This document shows positions 36,046 to 49,091 of a DNA stretch of 64,000 nt, piece after piece. Position numbers and translations under genes: made by a program. Location: positions 10,542,001 to 10,606,000 of the forward strand of contig NC_058369.1 in assembly GCF_018350175.1 (NCBI RefSeq), written 5' to 3'. The DNA comes from Felis catus (lineage: Eukaryota). How positions within the stretch are numbered: the first letter of the stretch is position 1; each line of letters starts with the position of its first letter. Under the pieces are notes generated by a model that was not told where the DNA came from, made no database searches, and saw nothing but the letters and a program-made list of their open reading frames with translations.

Positions 36046-37807
36046 AAGGAGAGTTTAGTGATGTCAAGCCCTTAAGGCTTTGATTGTGGAGGGAAACTCT
36101 GGATACACTAAACCATTTCTCCCTGATCTGTCTCCTCCAAGGTGAGTGCTTCATCAATGGGCCTTCATATCTCAACAGCCTTTCCTCCATTTTCTTTGCC
36201 AGTCCTTCCATTGTTGGGAATGGCCATCTATCATTTTTGAATCATTTGTTAATTGCAGTCATTCAACAAACATTGTTTTCAGCATTTTATGAATAAATAA
36301 ATGACCAAGACAGTGTTTCTTCTGTCAAGGTACTCACTGTATCAAGAGAATGAAAGAGGTAAAAATACATAAATAAACATATTAATGTGAGGTGGCATTG
36401 AAATCTGGTGAAGTAGATCCTCCAAAATTGGCCCTTTATTTTATTTGTTCTTGAAAAGAGGACTCTTTGATGGGAGTTAGTGAAGGCTTCCCAGAGCAGC
36501 TTCTCGGTGCTGAGACATGGAGGCGGTGTAGGGGTCTTCCCATGAGGACAAGGGGTGTGCAGTCCAGGAAGAGCCAGCAGAGGAGGAAAATTTAGAGATT
36601 CAGTGGAGCAGAAGTTGTGCTGCTGGGATTGGAAATACTTCTTACTGTCTGACCAGCCATCAGAAGCAGGGGCTGCGGGTTCTGCAAAACGAAGCCACAG
36701 TGGCCTGGCTGGGTAGGCAACAGTCAGATTACTAAAGAAAGTGACACTTTGGCCTGAGGGTTGAAGTTTCCTTCTGTAGTTAGTGAAGATTAAGTTCAGG
36801 TTCTATGTCAGGGGCGGTAGGAACAGGACCGGCCCGTGGAAAAGTGACCCAGGTTATTGTGAGGAAAAAACGATTGCTGAGTTCAGAGTGTGAGCGAAGC
36901 AAGGGATAGAACTAGTACCGTGGGAGTGAGAGGGGCTAGGTCTCTGGTCTGGAGGACTCATATTACTTCTTCCATCCTAAGTTTAATGCCTTTTGTTTCC
37001 TTCTTCTTTTTTCCTTTTCTTTTTTCTTTTTTCGGCCAGTTGCTCTGTCTGGAAGCTGCAAAGCTATGTTGCACGCGAGGTATGAAAGCAGACATGCTTG
37101 TCTTGCATCATCTTAGGGGGTGTTCTCAGTGTTTCCCTCTGGAGAATGATTTTAGAGGTGGGTTCTCATATATGACCTCTTTCGTGTTGTGGAAGTTTCC
37201 TTCTGTTCTTAGTTTTTTGGATGTTGTTACTATCAGGGAACGCTCCATTTTGTCATGTTTTATGTGCCATCTGTTGAGATACTCGTGTGCTTTTATCCTT
37301 CATTCTGTTAACGTGGTGAATTATACTGAGGGGGTTTTATTAAACCATTCTTGCCTTCCTGGAATAAATGCCATTTGATCATGATGCACAACCCTTTTCT
37401 ACACCATGATCAAAAGGCCGCAATGCTGGCACTGGTAACACTTAGTCAAAAATTTTCGCATCAACATTCCTTGGGAATATTGTTCTGTACTTTTCTTTTC
37501 TTGCAATGCCTTTTCGTGGTTTTGGAATCAGTGCAAAGCTGGCCTGATGGAATAAAGTGAGAAGTGTTTCCCCTTTGAAATATTTGGGAAGAGACTGAGA
37601 AAGACTGATGTTAATTCTTCTAATTCTGTGTGGTTCTTGTGATCCTTAGCCATGACTACTCCGCTGGAAAGCCTAATATCATAAACTGCAATTCTGCTAG
37701 GAGAAAGACTCTGACTTATGGTGTAGCCTGTCCCCTGCTTTCTAAAAGATGTTTCTTCAGCTACAACAGTACACAGTACCACAGTAATGGAGAACTCTCT
37801 CTCTGTC

Positions 37808-37810
<3 letters not shown>

Positions 37811-37859
<49 letters not shown>

Positions 37860-37864
37860 TGTAC
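37811..37864. repeat. (GT)n(GC)n alternating purine-pyrimidine tract
   Basis: Read directly. Confidence 0.97.
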
Positions 37865-38110
37865 AGGACAGAGAGAATTTATCAGTGAAGTACACACCCG
37901 TAAACCTTAAATAGCAAGCTGAACCTGTCTTATGCAATAGAAAATGCAGCATTTAGACCAACTGTAGACATAAAGATAGAGAGAAAGATAGAGAATTATG
38001 TGGGAATGATTTATGTTCCATTTTTCTCTATTACATAAGATGTATCCTGTTGTAGACGGACACCATATATAACATATACACGTAAAAAAGACACTGAACT
38101 GTAGTGTCCG

Positions 38111-41100
38111 TTGGCTGAATTTTATTTTATTTTATTTTTTAGTTTACATACAAGTTAGTTAGCATATAATGCTATAATGATTTTAGTAGATTCTAGTGAT
38201 TCATCCCCTATGTATAACACCCAGTGCTCATCCCAACAAGTGTCTTCCCTAATGCCCCCTACCCATTTACCCTATCCTCCCACCCACAACCCCTCCAGCA
38301 ACCCTGTTTCTTCCTTGTATTTAAGAGTCTCTCATGCTTTGTCCCCTCCCTGCTTTTATAGTATTTTTGCTTCTCTTCCTTTATGTTCATCTCGTTTGTA
38401 CCTTAAGTTCCTCATATGAGTGAAGTCGTATGATATTTGTCTTTCTCTGACTGGCTATCTTAACTTAGCATAATACCCTCTTGTTCCATCCAGGTCGTTG
38501 CAAATGGTAGGATTTCACTTTTTCTGTTGTCAAGTAGTACTCCAGTGTATAAATATACCACACCTTCTTTACCCATTCATCCATTGATGGACATTTGATC
38601 TCTTTCCATACCTTGGCTATTGTCTATAGTGCTGCTATAAACATTGGAGTGCTTGTGCCCCTCTGAAACAGCACACCTGTATCCCTTGGTTCAATAGCTA
38701 GTAGTGTAATTCCTGGCTTATAGGGTAGTTCTATTTTTAATTTTTTGAGGCATTCCCATATTGTTTTCCAGAGTGGCTGCACCAGTTTGCATTCCCACCA
38801 GCAGTGCAAAAGAAACCTTCTTTTATTGCATTCTCACTAACATCTGTTGTTGCCTGAGTTGTTAATGTAGCCATTCTGACTGGTGTGAGGTGGTATCCCA
38901 CTGTGGTTTTGATTTGTATTTCTCTGATGATGAGTGATGTGGAGCATTTTTTCATGTGTCTGTTAGCTATCTGGATGTCTTCTTTGGAAAAGTGTCTATT
39001 CATGTGATATTCCCATTTCTTCACTGGATCATTTGTCTATAAGTTCTGTATAGATTTTGGATACTAACCTTTGTCTGATATGTCATTTGCCACATCTTCT
39101 CCCATTCCATCGGTTGCCTTTTAGTTTTGCTGATTGTTTCCTTTGCTGTGCAGAAGCTTTTTATTTTGATGAGCTCCCAGTAGTTCGTGTTTGCTTTTGT
39201 TTCCCTTGCCTCTGGAGACGTGTTGAGGAAGAAGTTGCTGCGGCTGAGGTCAAAGAGGTTTTTGCCTGCTTTCTCATTGAGGATTTTGATGGCTTCCTGT
39301 CTTACATTTAGGTCTTTCATCCATTTTGAGTTTATTTTTGTGTATAGTGTAAGAAAGTGGTCCAGGTTCATTTTTCTGCATGTGGCTGTCCAGTTTTCCC
39401 AGCACCATTTGCTCAAGAGTCTGTCTTTATTCAATTGGATATTCTTTCTTGCTTTGTCAATGATTAGTTGACCATACATTTGTGGGACCATTTGTAGGTT
39501 CTCTATTCTGTTCCATTGATATGAGTGTCAGTTTTTGTGCCAGTACCATACTGTCTTGATGATGATAGCTTTGTATTACAGCTTGAAGTCTGGGATTGTG
39601 ATGCCTCCAGCTTTGGTTTTCTTTTTCAGGAATGCTTTGGCTATTCAGGGTCTTTTCTGGGCCCATACATATTTTAGGATTGTTTGTTGTAGCTCTGTGA
39701 AGAGTTATTTTGTCTTTTTTTTGATAGGGATTGCATTGAATATGTAGAGTGTTTTGAGTAGTAACAACATTTTATAAATATTTGTTCTTTCTATCCAGGA
39801 GCATGGAATATTTTTCTATTTTTTTGTGTTCTTCGATTTCTTTCATAAGCTTTCTATAGGTTTCAGTGTATAGATTTTTCATCTCTTTGGTTAGGTTTAT
39901 TCGTAGGTATTGTGTTTTTTGGTGCAATTGTCAATGGGATAGATTTCTTGATATCTCTGTCTTATTGCTTCATCATTGGTGTATAGGAATGCTCTGATTT
40001 CTGTCCATGGATTTTATATCCTGTGACTTTGCTGAATTCATGGATCGGTTATAGCGGCATTTTGGTGGAATATTTTGGGATTTCCATATAGAGTATCATG
40101 TCGTCTGCAAAGAGTGAAACTTTGACTTCCTACTTGCCAATTTGGATGCCTTTTATTCTTTTATGTTATGTGATTTCTGAGGCTAGGTCTTCCAATATTA
40201 TGTTAAATAGCAGTGGTGAGTGTGGACATCCCTGTCGTGTTCCTGACACTAGGGGGAAATCTCTCAGCTTTTCCCCAATGAGGATGATATTATCAGTGGT
40301 CTTTCAAATACAGCTTTTCTGATCTTGAGGTATGATCCTTCTAACCCTACTCTCTTGAGAGTTTTTATCAAGAAAGGATGCTGTATTTTGTCAAATACCT
40401 TCTCTGTATCTATTGAGAGGATCATGTGGTTATTGTCCTTTTTTTTTACTGATGTGATATGTCACATTGATTGTTTTGTGGATAATGAACTAGCCCACAT
40501 CCCAGGTATAAATCCCACTTGGTCATGGTGAATAATTCTCTCAATACATTGTTGGATCCAGTTGGATAGTATCTTGTTGAGGATTTTTGTGTCCCTGTTC
40601 ATCAGGGAAATTGGGCTATAGTGGTCCTTTTTAGTGGGGTCTTTGTCTGGTGTTGGAATCAAAGTAATGCTAGCTTCACAGAATGAGTTTGGAGGTGTTT
40701 CTTCCATTTTTATTTTTTGGAACAGCTTTGAAAGAATAGCTGTTAACTCTTCCTTAAATGTTTTTTAGAATTCCCCTGGAAAGCCATCTGGCCCTGGACA
40801 CTAGTTTTTTTGGGAGATTTTTGATTACTATTCAATTTCTTTACTGGTTATGGGTCTGTTCAAATTTTCTATTTCTTCTGGTTTCAGTTTTGGTCGTTTA
40901 TATGTTTCTAGGAATTTGTCCATTTCTTCCACATTGCCCAATTTGTGGGTCTATACTTGCTTATAATATTCTCTTATTTTTGTTTGTATTTCTGCAGTGC
41001 TGGTTGTAATCTCTGCTCTTTCATTCTTGATTTTATTTGTTTGAGTCCTTTCCTTTTTGTTTTTATCAAACTGGCTAGGGGCTTATAAGTGTTGTTAATC

Positions 41101-43775
41101 TTTGTTAATCAGTGATTACTGAAAGGTATGAATTTGATTCATATTGTTGCCTGTAGAGTTGGAGTTTCTGGTGGTGTTGCCTGGTCCTTTCTAGTGTTTG
41201 TTGATTTTTTTTTCTCTTTTCTCTCCTCAGAGATCCTACCAGACATTTCTTGCTGGGCTGGTTTAGTGTCCACAAACTCCTTTAGTTTTTGTTTGTTGGG
41301 AAACTTTTGATCTCTCCTCTTATTTTGAATGACAGCCTTGCTGGATAAAGGATTCTTGGCTGCAATTTTTTTTTTTTTGATTCAGCACATTGAATATATC
41401 CTTCTTCTCCTTTCTGGCCTGCCACGTTTCTGTGCAAAGGGCTCCTGTTAACCTGAACTGTCTTACCTTATAGGTTAAGTACTTTTTTTCCCTTGCTGCT
41501 TCCATGATTCTTTCCTTGCCTGAGTGTTTTGTGAATTTGACGATGATATGCCTTGCTGATGGTCGGTTTTTGTTGAATCTAATGGGAGTTCTCTGTGCTT
41601 CCTGGATTTTAATGGCTGTGTCTTTCCCCAGATTAGGAAAGTTTTCCACTATGATATGCTTACATCAGCCTTCTACCCCTTTTCCTCTGTTTTCATCTCC
41701 TGAGACCCATATGATTTTGATGTTATTACTTTTTAATGAGTCATTGAGTTCTCTAATATTATATCGTACTCTTTTGCCTTAGTTTCCTTCTTTTTTTCTG
41801 CTTCATTATTCTCCATAAATTTGTCCTGTATATCACTGATTCGCTGCTCTGCTTCATCCAACCTCACCACCATGGCAAGCATTTGAGATTCCATCTCAGG
41901 TATAGCATTTTTTATTTCATCCTGACTATCTTTTACTTCTTTTGTGTCCGCAGAAAGGGATTCTATGCTTTTTTCAACCCCAGCTAGTGTTCTTATTATT
42001 GTGATTCTAAATTCTGTTCAGACTTCCTGCTTGTATCTGTTGATTAAGTCCCTCACTGTCATTTTTTCCTGTTGATCCTTTGTGGCGAATTCCTTCATTT
42101 TATTATTTTGGAGTAAGAAAAGGGATTAATAAAGTAAATAAAAATTAAAATTAAAAAATTAAAAATAACACACAAAAAATAAAATAAAGGATTCTAGCTC
42201 CTAGGTTTGTTTTGGTCTGGTTGTTATAAGAAGCTTGATAGAATAGAGAATGAAGGTAAAGAAAAGAAAAAAAATGGAAAAAAACCGAAAACATTTGAAA
42301 TTTAAAAACATGAATACAACAAAGTAGAATAAAATGAAATGATGAAAATCAAATAGAATTTTAAAAAATTACAAAAAAGTAAAAAATATAATAGAAAAAT
42401 TTAAAGAAAGATCTTTTTTATAAAGACAGAAAATAAAATAAAAAAATTTTCCCTTTGTTTCAACAGTAAGAAAAGAATAGAAAAAGAAAAATATTGAATA
42501 GATGGACCAGGAAACAGAATGAAATACGATCAAAATTACATCCAGTTTCCCCTAGAAGTCAAACTATGAAGCACTTTATAGTCTGTAAACTAAGCAGCAG
42601 AGAGATTGGTCATGTTCCTCTAGATTGTGGTTGGCCCAGTTGGGCACTGCTTGGTGTAGCAACTCCGTTCTGCACTAGATGACTCTGCTTAGTTTAATGG
42701 GGTTGATCACTGTGGTGCATGTGTGGTGCATGTGTGTATGCGCATATGTGGGAGGGGAAAATGGTGTCAGCCAGCTACCCAGTCTCTAGTATCAGAACTC
42801 TATGCTCTCCCTGACTGGCAATCAAGCACCCTTCCTTTGTCTCTGGCTTCTGTTCACTCCCCATTTCTCCACTGTCTGTGACCAAGCTGTCAGCTTGCCA
42901 GAGGACACCTCCCTCCCAAATTTTATCTCAGATAGGGCAATGTTTACAAACTCCCCATTTCTGAGGGCCAAGCAGCTTTGACCCTCTCAGACCCTCTGGG
43001 GGAGGGTCCACCAAGCAATGTCATGGTGCCCGCCCACCCCTGGTACGTTTGTGTGACCGTGCTGCCGCAGATGCCCAGAGATTGTGGCCAGGTGCCCCAG
43101 AAAATGTTGGTGTGATTGTGTAGTAGCAGCATTTCAGGGATTATGGTAAATCACAGCACCCATCTGGCACCAGGCTTCACCCTTACCATCCTTGTTCCAA
43201 CAGCAGCAATGTGGCTGTTCTCCAGGGTCTGCTGGGACCTTTGCCTGTGGCGAGGCTGCAAGGCCTCTACCAAATATCCTCCCAGCAGAGAAATTGCCTC
43301 TCCCCGTGTGGCCTGAGGACCCCTCGGACCTTGCTGTCTGTTTCCCTCCCCACCAGAGCTCTCCCAGGTATCGAGCTGTGGAGTTTCAGACTCTATGCTC
43401 CCCTGTTTATAGCCTCTTCATGAAATTGAAACCCTCTCCTTTCTCTCTTCTCCCTGTTTTTGTTCAGTCCCCTCCTTCTCTTTCTCTCCAGCTGCTTTTT
43501 TGTTTGGCAGTGCTTCTCCTATACTCTCCCCCATCTCCATTCTCTCTCCACAAGCAAAAACAGCTCCCTGCCCTCCATGGCTTCTCTCTTCCCCAGTTCA
43601 CCTCTCCACGTTGTGTACCTGACAAATTCCGTGGTTCAAGTTGTGCAGATTGTTGTGTTATTCCTCAGATCAGGTTTCTAGATATGCAAGACGGTTTGGT
43701 GTTGATTTAGTTGCATTTCAGTGAGGAGAGAGGCAAAAAACTTTCCATGCTCCTCCGCCATCTTGGCCTCTCCCC
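38111..43775 (-). mobile_element. Carnivore L1 with 5'UTR, decayed ORF1 and ORF2 lacking the endonuclease domain, in the putative intron of gene B
   Basis: Poly-T at about 38120; ORF2 remnants 38600-41100; ORF1 remnant ENFPNL...RHIIVKF (41320-41649); 5' end ctccgccatcttggcctctcccc at about 43775. Empty paralogous site gtagtgtccactgccttagaatg at 57286. Confidence 0.93.
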
Positions 43776-44542
43776 AACATTGCCTTAGAATGTATCCACT
43801 GATACAGGAGGCCTTGAGCTCCTCTCTCTCTTATTTACATCCCACTCCTACACCCGTTGTGTTACCTGCTCTGCTCACAACTTTGTCTTTTCTATTGCCT
43901 GATGGTTTTGGGTGAGCTCTTGACTCAAGGTCTTTGCACATGCGATTTCTCTGCCTTAACTGGTTTTCTCAAAGTTATCCACATGGTTCATGCATCCCTG
44001 AGTTTTCCAGCTCAGAAGCCCCTGATCAGTCATGACACAAAGGCAGGTTTTCCTTCCACTTAGGACTACTGTGTCCCGAACTTTTTTCCTTATTAGTTGT
44101 AACCACCACCTGAAACACCATTTATTCCTTTATTAATATTCTGTTCCTCCCTCTGACACACACACATATTAGACTGTCTTGTTAAGGTGAAACACACATT
44201 CCTACTGCATTTGTGCAATGCTGTTAAAAATACTTGTCACAAGATAATGTGTTAAATTTTCTCAGGTGGAAAAAAAAAGGTCCCAGGAAATTTATGGAGG
44301 AGAACATTGCTTTGGATAATTGTTTTGACTCAGAACAAGAATTGTGAACAGTTTAAGACTCATGGAAAACATGGATATTTGAGAGTCCCTGAAATTTTCT
44401 GGTGTATATTCTAGATTGGTAGGGAGTGTGTAAGAATTAATGAATGAAGCATTTTGAAAAGACAGCATTTCTTGTAATTCTGTGATCATGCTGCTGCCTT
44501 TCCAATGTTCTTGTCTCTGTTCCAGCCATTTTCATCAATTAC

Positions 44543-45511
44543 ATGGAAGGAAGAAATCAAACTCATGTTACGGAATTTATCCTCTTGGGACTCTCAGACC
44601 AGGGGGCGCTGCAGTCACTGCTCTTTTGGCTGTTCCTGTCCTTGTACTTGGTCACCTTCACTGGGAACCTGTTCATGATCCTGGCCATTATCACAGACTC
44701 CTGCCTCCACATGCCCATGTACTTCTTCCTCTCCAACCTGTCCTTTTCAGACATCTGTTTCACCTCCACCACCATCCCAAAGATGCTGCTGAACATCCAG
44801 ACGCAGAGCAGAGGGATCTCCTACAAAGGTTGCCTCAGCCAGATGTACTTTTTCATGCTTTTTGCAGGAATCGACAACCTCCTCTTAACAGTGATGGCCT
44901 ATGACCGGTTCGTGGCCATCTGTCACCCATTGCGCTACATGGTCATCATGAACCCCAAGTTCTGTGGCATCCTGCTTCTGGGATCCTGGTTATTGAGTGT
45001 TCTTGTTTCTCTGTTACATGACTTACTGATTTTGCGACTCTCTTTTTGCGCAGATCTGGAAATCCTTCACTTTTTCTGTGAACTTAAGCAGGTGATCCAA
45101 CTTGCTTGCTCTGATACCTTCCTCAATGACCTGGTAATGTATTTGTCAAGTGGACTTCTGGGTGTTGTTCCACTCACTGGCATCCTCTCCTCTTACTCTA
45201 GAATTGTAGCCTCCATCTTGAGAATTTCATCAGTGAAAGGCAAGTATAAAGCATTTTCCACGTGTGGGTCTCATCTCTCAGTTGTGTTCTTGTTCTATGG
45301 TACAAGCCTTGGTGTATATTTTAATTCTGCTGCTTCACAAACCTCCAGCACAGGTGCCATAGCCTCAGTAATGTACACAGTGGTGATGCCCATGCTGAAC
45401 CCCTTCATCTATGGTCTCAGGAACAGAGACATCAAGCAAGCCCTGAGAAAGCTCTTTAGCCGAGAAACATTGTCTGCATGTAGGATTCTTTGTTTCAGGA
45501 TAAAGACTTGA
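44543..45511 (+). CDS. Intact olfactory receptor, class II family 7 (OR7A/OR7C-like), 322 aa (unit B)
   Basis: Uninterrupted ORF with N-terminal NQT sequon and OR motifs [66 protein letters not shown]. Splice acceptor-like ttcttgtctctgttccag ends at 44525. Confidence 0.97.
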   Translation: MEGRNQTHVTEFILLGLSDQGALQSLLFWLFLSLYLVTFTGNLFMILAIITDSCLHMPMYFFLSNLSFSDICFTSTTIPKMLLNIQTQSRGISYKGCLSQMYFFMLFAGIDNLLLTVMAYDRFVAICHPLRYMVIMNPKFCGILLLGSWLLSVLVSLLHDLLILRLSFCADLEILHFFCELKQVIQLACSDTFLNDLVMYLSSGLLGVVPLTGILSSYSRIVASILRISSVKGKYKAFSTCGSHLSVVFLFYGTSLGVYFNSAASQTSSTGAIASVMYTVVMPMLNPFIYGLRNRDIKQALRKLFSRETLSACRILCFRIKT

Positions 45512-45659
45512 GTAACAGGGCTTAAAACTCTAGAAGAGCTTGATCATGATATTTGTATCAGTTCATAGGCTGGAAATGTGCAGTTTATATTCTTACCTTA
45601 TTAGTTAGCTGAAGTTTTTCATACATCACAAGCAACTATTTTTTTGTAGCTCTTTAAAG

Positions 45660-46001
45660 CTTATTTATTTTGAAAGGGAGAGCATGAGTAGGGAGAGGCA
45701 GAGGGAGATTGATGGAATATCCCAAGACATGTCCATGCTGTCAGCGCAGAGCCTGAAATGGGGCTCAATGTCACAAATTGTACGATGTTGACCTGAACCA
45801 TCATCGAGAGTTGGACTCTTATCTGACTGAGCCACCCAGGAACCCCACTTCTGCATTTCTTTAAAATTGTTTAGGACACTCATTAAATTCCATTGCATGG
45901 AGTTTTAGGAAAAAAATGCTCATGTATTCATTTTGAGAGAGAGAGAGAGAGAGACGGAGAGAGGGAAGGAGGGAGGGAGGGAGAGGGCTAGTGCAAGAGC
46001 A

Positions 46002-46065
<64 letters not shown>

Positions 46066-46200
46066 TGAATGAATCAGAAGTAGGGTCCTGGCTCTGTGCT
46101 TTCAGCACAGACCATGATGCAGGCCTTGAAACCATGAATTGTGAGATCATGACCTGAGCCAAAGTCAGATGCTCAACCAATTGAGCTACCCAGATGCCTC
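45660..46200 (-). mobile_element. Two CanSINEs (45660-45846, 45920-46200) just 3' of gene B
   Basis: Same insertion points as 59190-59387 and 59450-59666 in unit C; absent from unit A (about 28330-28390). Confidence 0.9.
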
Positions 46201-46229
46201 CATTGCATGGGTATTTAAAAACATATACA

Positions 46230-47855
46230 TAATATAGCAAATTGAGTACTTATAATGTGATAGGAGGAGACGGTGGAGTAAATGTGAAATGGGTTTTCTC
46301 TGGGTTGAAGACAGGTATCTTTTAACATATCTACTTTGGAGGAAAATCATTGAACCTATCACAGGTTATATACAAGTTTCAAGGGTTTTATGTCAATCCT
46401 CCTTGGAAGGAGATCACATCCTGAAGAGCCAAAGCACCTGGAACCTTGTGTGATTAGTTTACAATAATCCACCTTCATTAGGCAGTCTCTAATTTTCCCT
46501 CACACATTCCTAAACATAAATTAAGTGGGAAGGTAATAGAAATTGCAACCTCTGATTTGTCAGGCCTTGATGATGTCATTCTTGGTGATTTTCCCAGAGA
46601 TGCGTTATTACTTTTCTTTTAATGTTTTGGTAGGCAGCAACACTATCTTGTGATATCCCTCAACACCTCCTACCATACAGGCTCTTCACAAATGTCAAAC
46701 ACAATATGGCTTTTCTGCCTATTGCCACCTCCATTTTTTCTAATGCTGCATCCCAGAAATTAGCAGTGAGAGCAGGATACAATTATGACCTAACCTGTAC
46801 TTTGTGAGACTGAGTAAAATGAATGTCTCTTGTTCACCTTCCTCAGAGTTCCCTACTTGGATTGTAAGGCGTAATTGTAATTTTCTATTACCTGATTCAC
46901 AGTTTTCCAGCTAAAGGTCCACAGGTCCTTTCAAACACTAGTATGCAGATAAATGTTCATGGAACTATGTCTCAAAAGCAAAGACAAAAAGAAACAGGGA
47001 AAGCAAGAAGAAAGGAAGAAAATAAAAACAAAGGGATAAAGAATATTTGCCACTTTCCCTGGTATAATTCCTCTCATCTTGTCCAGTATCAAGTTATCAA
47101 TTTTAGTTCAGACCACAGTCCTCATGAACCATTATAGGCTAACCAGTGCCATCACCTCAGAGCCTTTGGGTTGTGTTGGAGGAAAATGTAATGTCATTGT
47201 CATTTTACAGATTTCTGTCCAGTGTAAATGGTTCCATCAATTGAAGACCTGGGTCAGTGAACAGTCTCAGGACCGATAGTCAGGTTTATGACCCTTCATT
47301 GTGGTGACTCAGGTCAATCTTTCCTTCATGATTATTAGAGTTGGTTGTTTTCTTGTTTTTGTTTTTGTTTTGCTTATTTTGTTAGTTACACAAATCAGTT
47401 CTGCCATTAGTAAGCTTCCCATCAGTTTTGTTTCTTGGAGACACCATGATGAATTTGCCATTTGCAAACATCCAGGTGGCTCAACCAATGTTGATGAGAA
47501 TGATTAATTCTTATGCACTATGAATAGCATACCTTGAATGGGTTTGGACTGCTGTCATGGCCTCTGGCAGTTCAGGAGGGCCTGAACTCAGGACAAAGGC
47601 ATTTCAGTTTCAGAATGTCCATTGTAAGTTTGTCATATGGGAGAGAAGCTCTGTGGAACCTGTCAAAGAAGATATTATTTCCCTACCCAAGCTATTTCTC
47701 AATGATCTTATGAATTTTATGTTGTCTGAAGTTTTAGTTTGGGAATACTTTAGGGTTGAGGTATTGAATCACACATGATAAAGCCATCACAATGCCCTTG
47801 TCTCCTTGTACTTTGGATTACTTCTTCTACATCATATTAAGCTATTTATGGCACT
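46230..47855 (-). mobile_element. Decayed ERVL internal fragment, copy 2
   Basis: Paralog of 28400-29995. Remnants KDLWTFSWKTV (about 46900-46930), LPTKTLKEK**RISG (about 46594-46638), MKVDYCKL (about 46455-46478) resemble ERVL pol RDLRPFTRVTV, LPTKIVNQKQYRIPG, MTVDYRKL. Confidence 0.7.
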
Positions 47856-47859
47856 GAAA

Positions 47860-48066
47860 AAAAGTTTTAAGTTCATTTATTTGCTTTGAGAGAGAGTGAG
47901 CATGCTGACAAGGGACAGAAAGAGGGAGAGAGAGAAAATCCCAAGCAGGCTCCACACTGCCAGTGCAGAGCCCCATGTGAGGCTCAAACTCACAAACCAT
48001 CACATCATTACCTCAGCCAAAAATCTAGAGTCTAACGCCTAACTGACGAAGCCACCCAGGCACCAC
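47860..48066 (-). mobile_element. CanSINE shared with unit C (61650-61867), absent from unit A (29995)
   Basis: Same flanks (...tgaaa / gaagttctt). Confidence 0.88.
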
Positions 48067-48999
48067 CGAAGTTCTTTTAGAGTATGTGACTCTTTTGTCA
48101 TACTTTTTGGTCAGAGTAAAAAATATATAAAATTTATCATTTTCAACATCTTGAAATACACTTAAGTGCCATTAAGTACTTTCTCAATGTTGAGCCGCCA
48201 CCACCTCTACCCATCTCCAGAACTTTCTCATCTCTCAACCTGAATGTTTTTCTCCTTGAAATCCTAAGTTTGTATTGCCCCTCTGCATAGCCCCTGTCTC
48301 CCACCAGCCTACCTTCTCCGTCTCAAACTGTTTACTCTAGGTACCTCAGGTAGATGTCATGGTGTGATACGGGTCCTTTTGTGTCTGGCTTCTGACACTT
48401 AGCCTTGTGTTTGAGAGTTTCACCCATGTTGTAGACTGTGCCAGAATTGCCTTCACTGTAAAGGCTGAATGCTGTTCCATGTCTGTGTTCACCACACTTT
48501 GTTCATCTGTGAGATTGTTGATGGACATTCAGGTTGTCTCCACACTTTTATTACTGTGAATAAATCTGTTATGAAAATTGGTGTAGAAATATCTGTTCTG
48601 GTGTAGAAATATCAATGCTTTACATTCTCTTGGGGCATGTAAGTAGGTATATAACCAGACGTGAAACTGCAACATCAAATGATAATTCTGGGTTTACATT
48701 ATTGAGTCACTGGCACACTGTTTGCTTCAGCAGCTGTGTCCCTTTTTATTCTCATCAGCAAAGCACCACAGGGTTCCAATTTGTGCACATCCTCGCCAAC
48801 ACTCATCTTCTGTTTTAGTTTTCAAATAGCCGTCCTAGTGTGTGTGGCGTGGTATCATGCTATGGTTTTTATTTGCATTTCTGTAGTGATTAGTCATGTT
48901 GTGCATCTTTCGTGTGCTAAATACCCATTGCTCTATATTCTTGAGTCCATTGTCTTTTCCTTTTGTGGTTTTCAAAATTATTTATATTTATTTTTTCAT

Positions 49000-49040
49000 T
49001 TTTTATGCATGTATTTTTTATTTTTTAAGTTTATTTGTTT

Positions 49041-49091
<51 letters not shown>

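Noticed and set aside
43192..43710. 172-aa antisense ORF in the L1 5'UTR as an ORF0 analogue
   Set aside because: TTG start, CT-rich low-complexity sequence poor in stops, no recognisable domain.
44563..44796. Antisense and alternate-frame ORFs over OR exons (also 27126-27461, 58097-58354)
   Set aside because: Expected shadow frames of OR coding sequence.
47557..47778. 73-aa + ORF (MASGSS...VEVLNHT) also open at 61347-61571, as a novel small gene
   Set aside because: Antisense to decayed ERVL gag, frameshifted in unit A (stop about 29792), many amino-acid differences between copies. Only dN/dS well below 1 plus expression would revive it.
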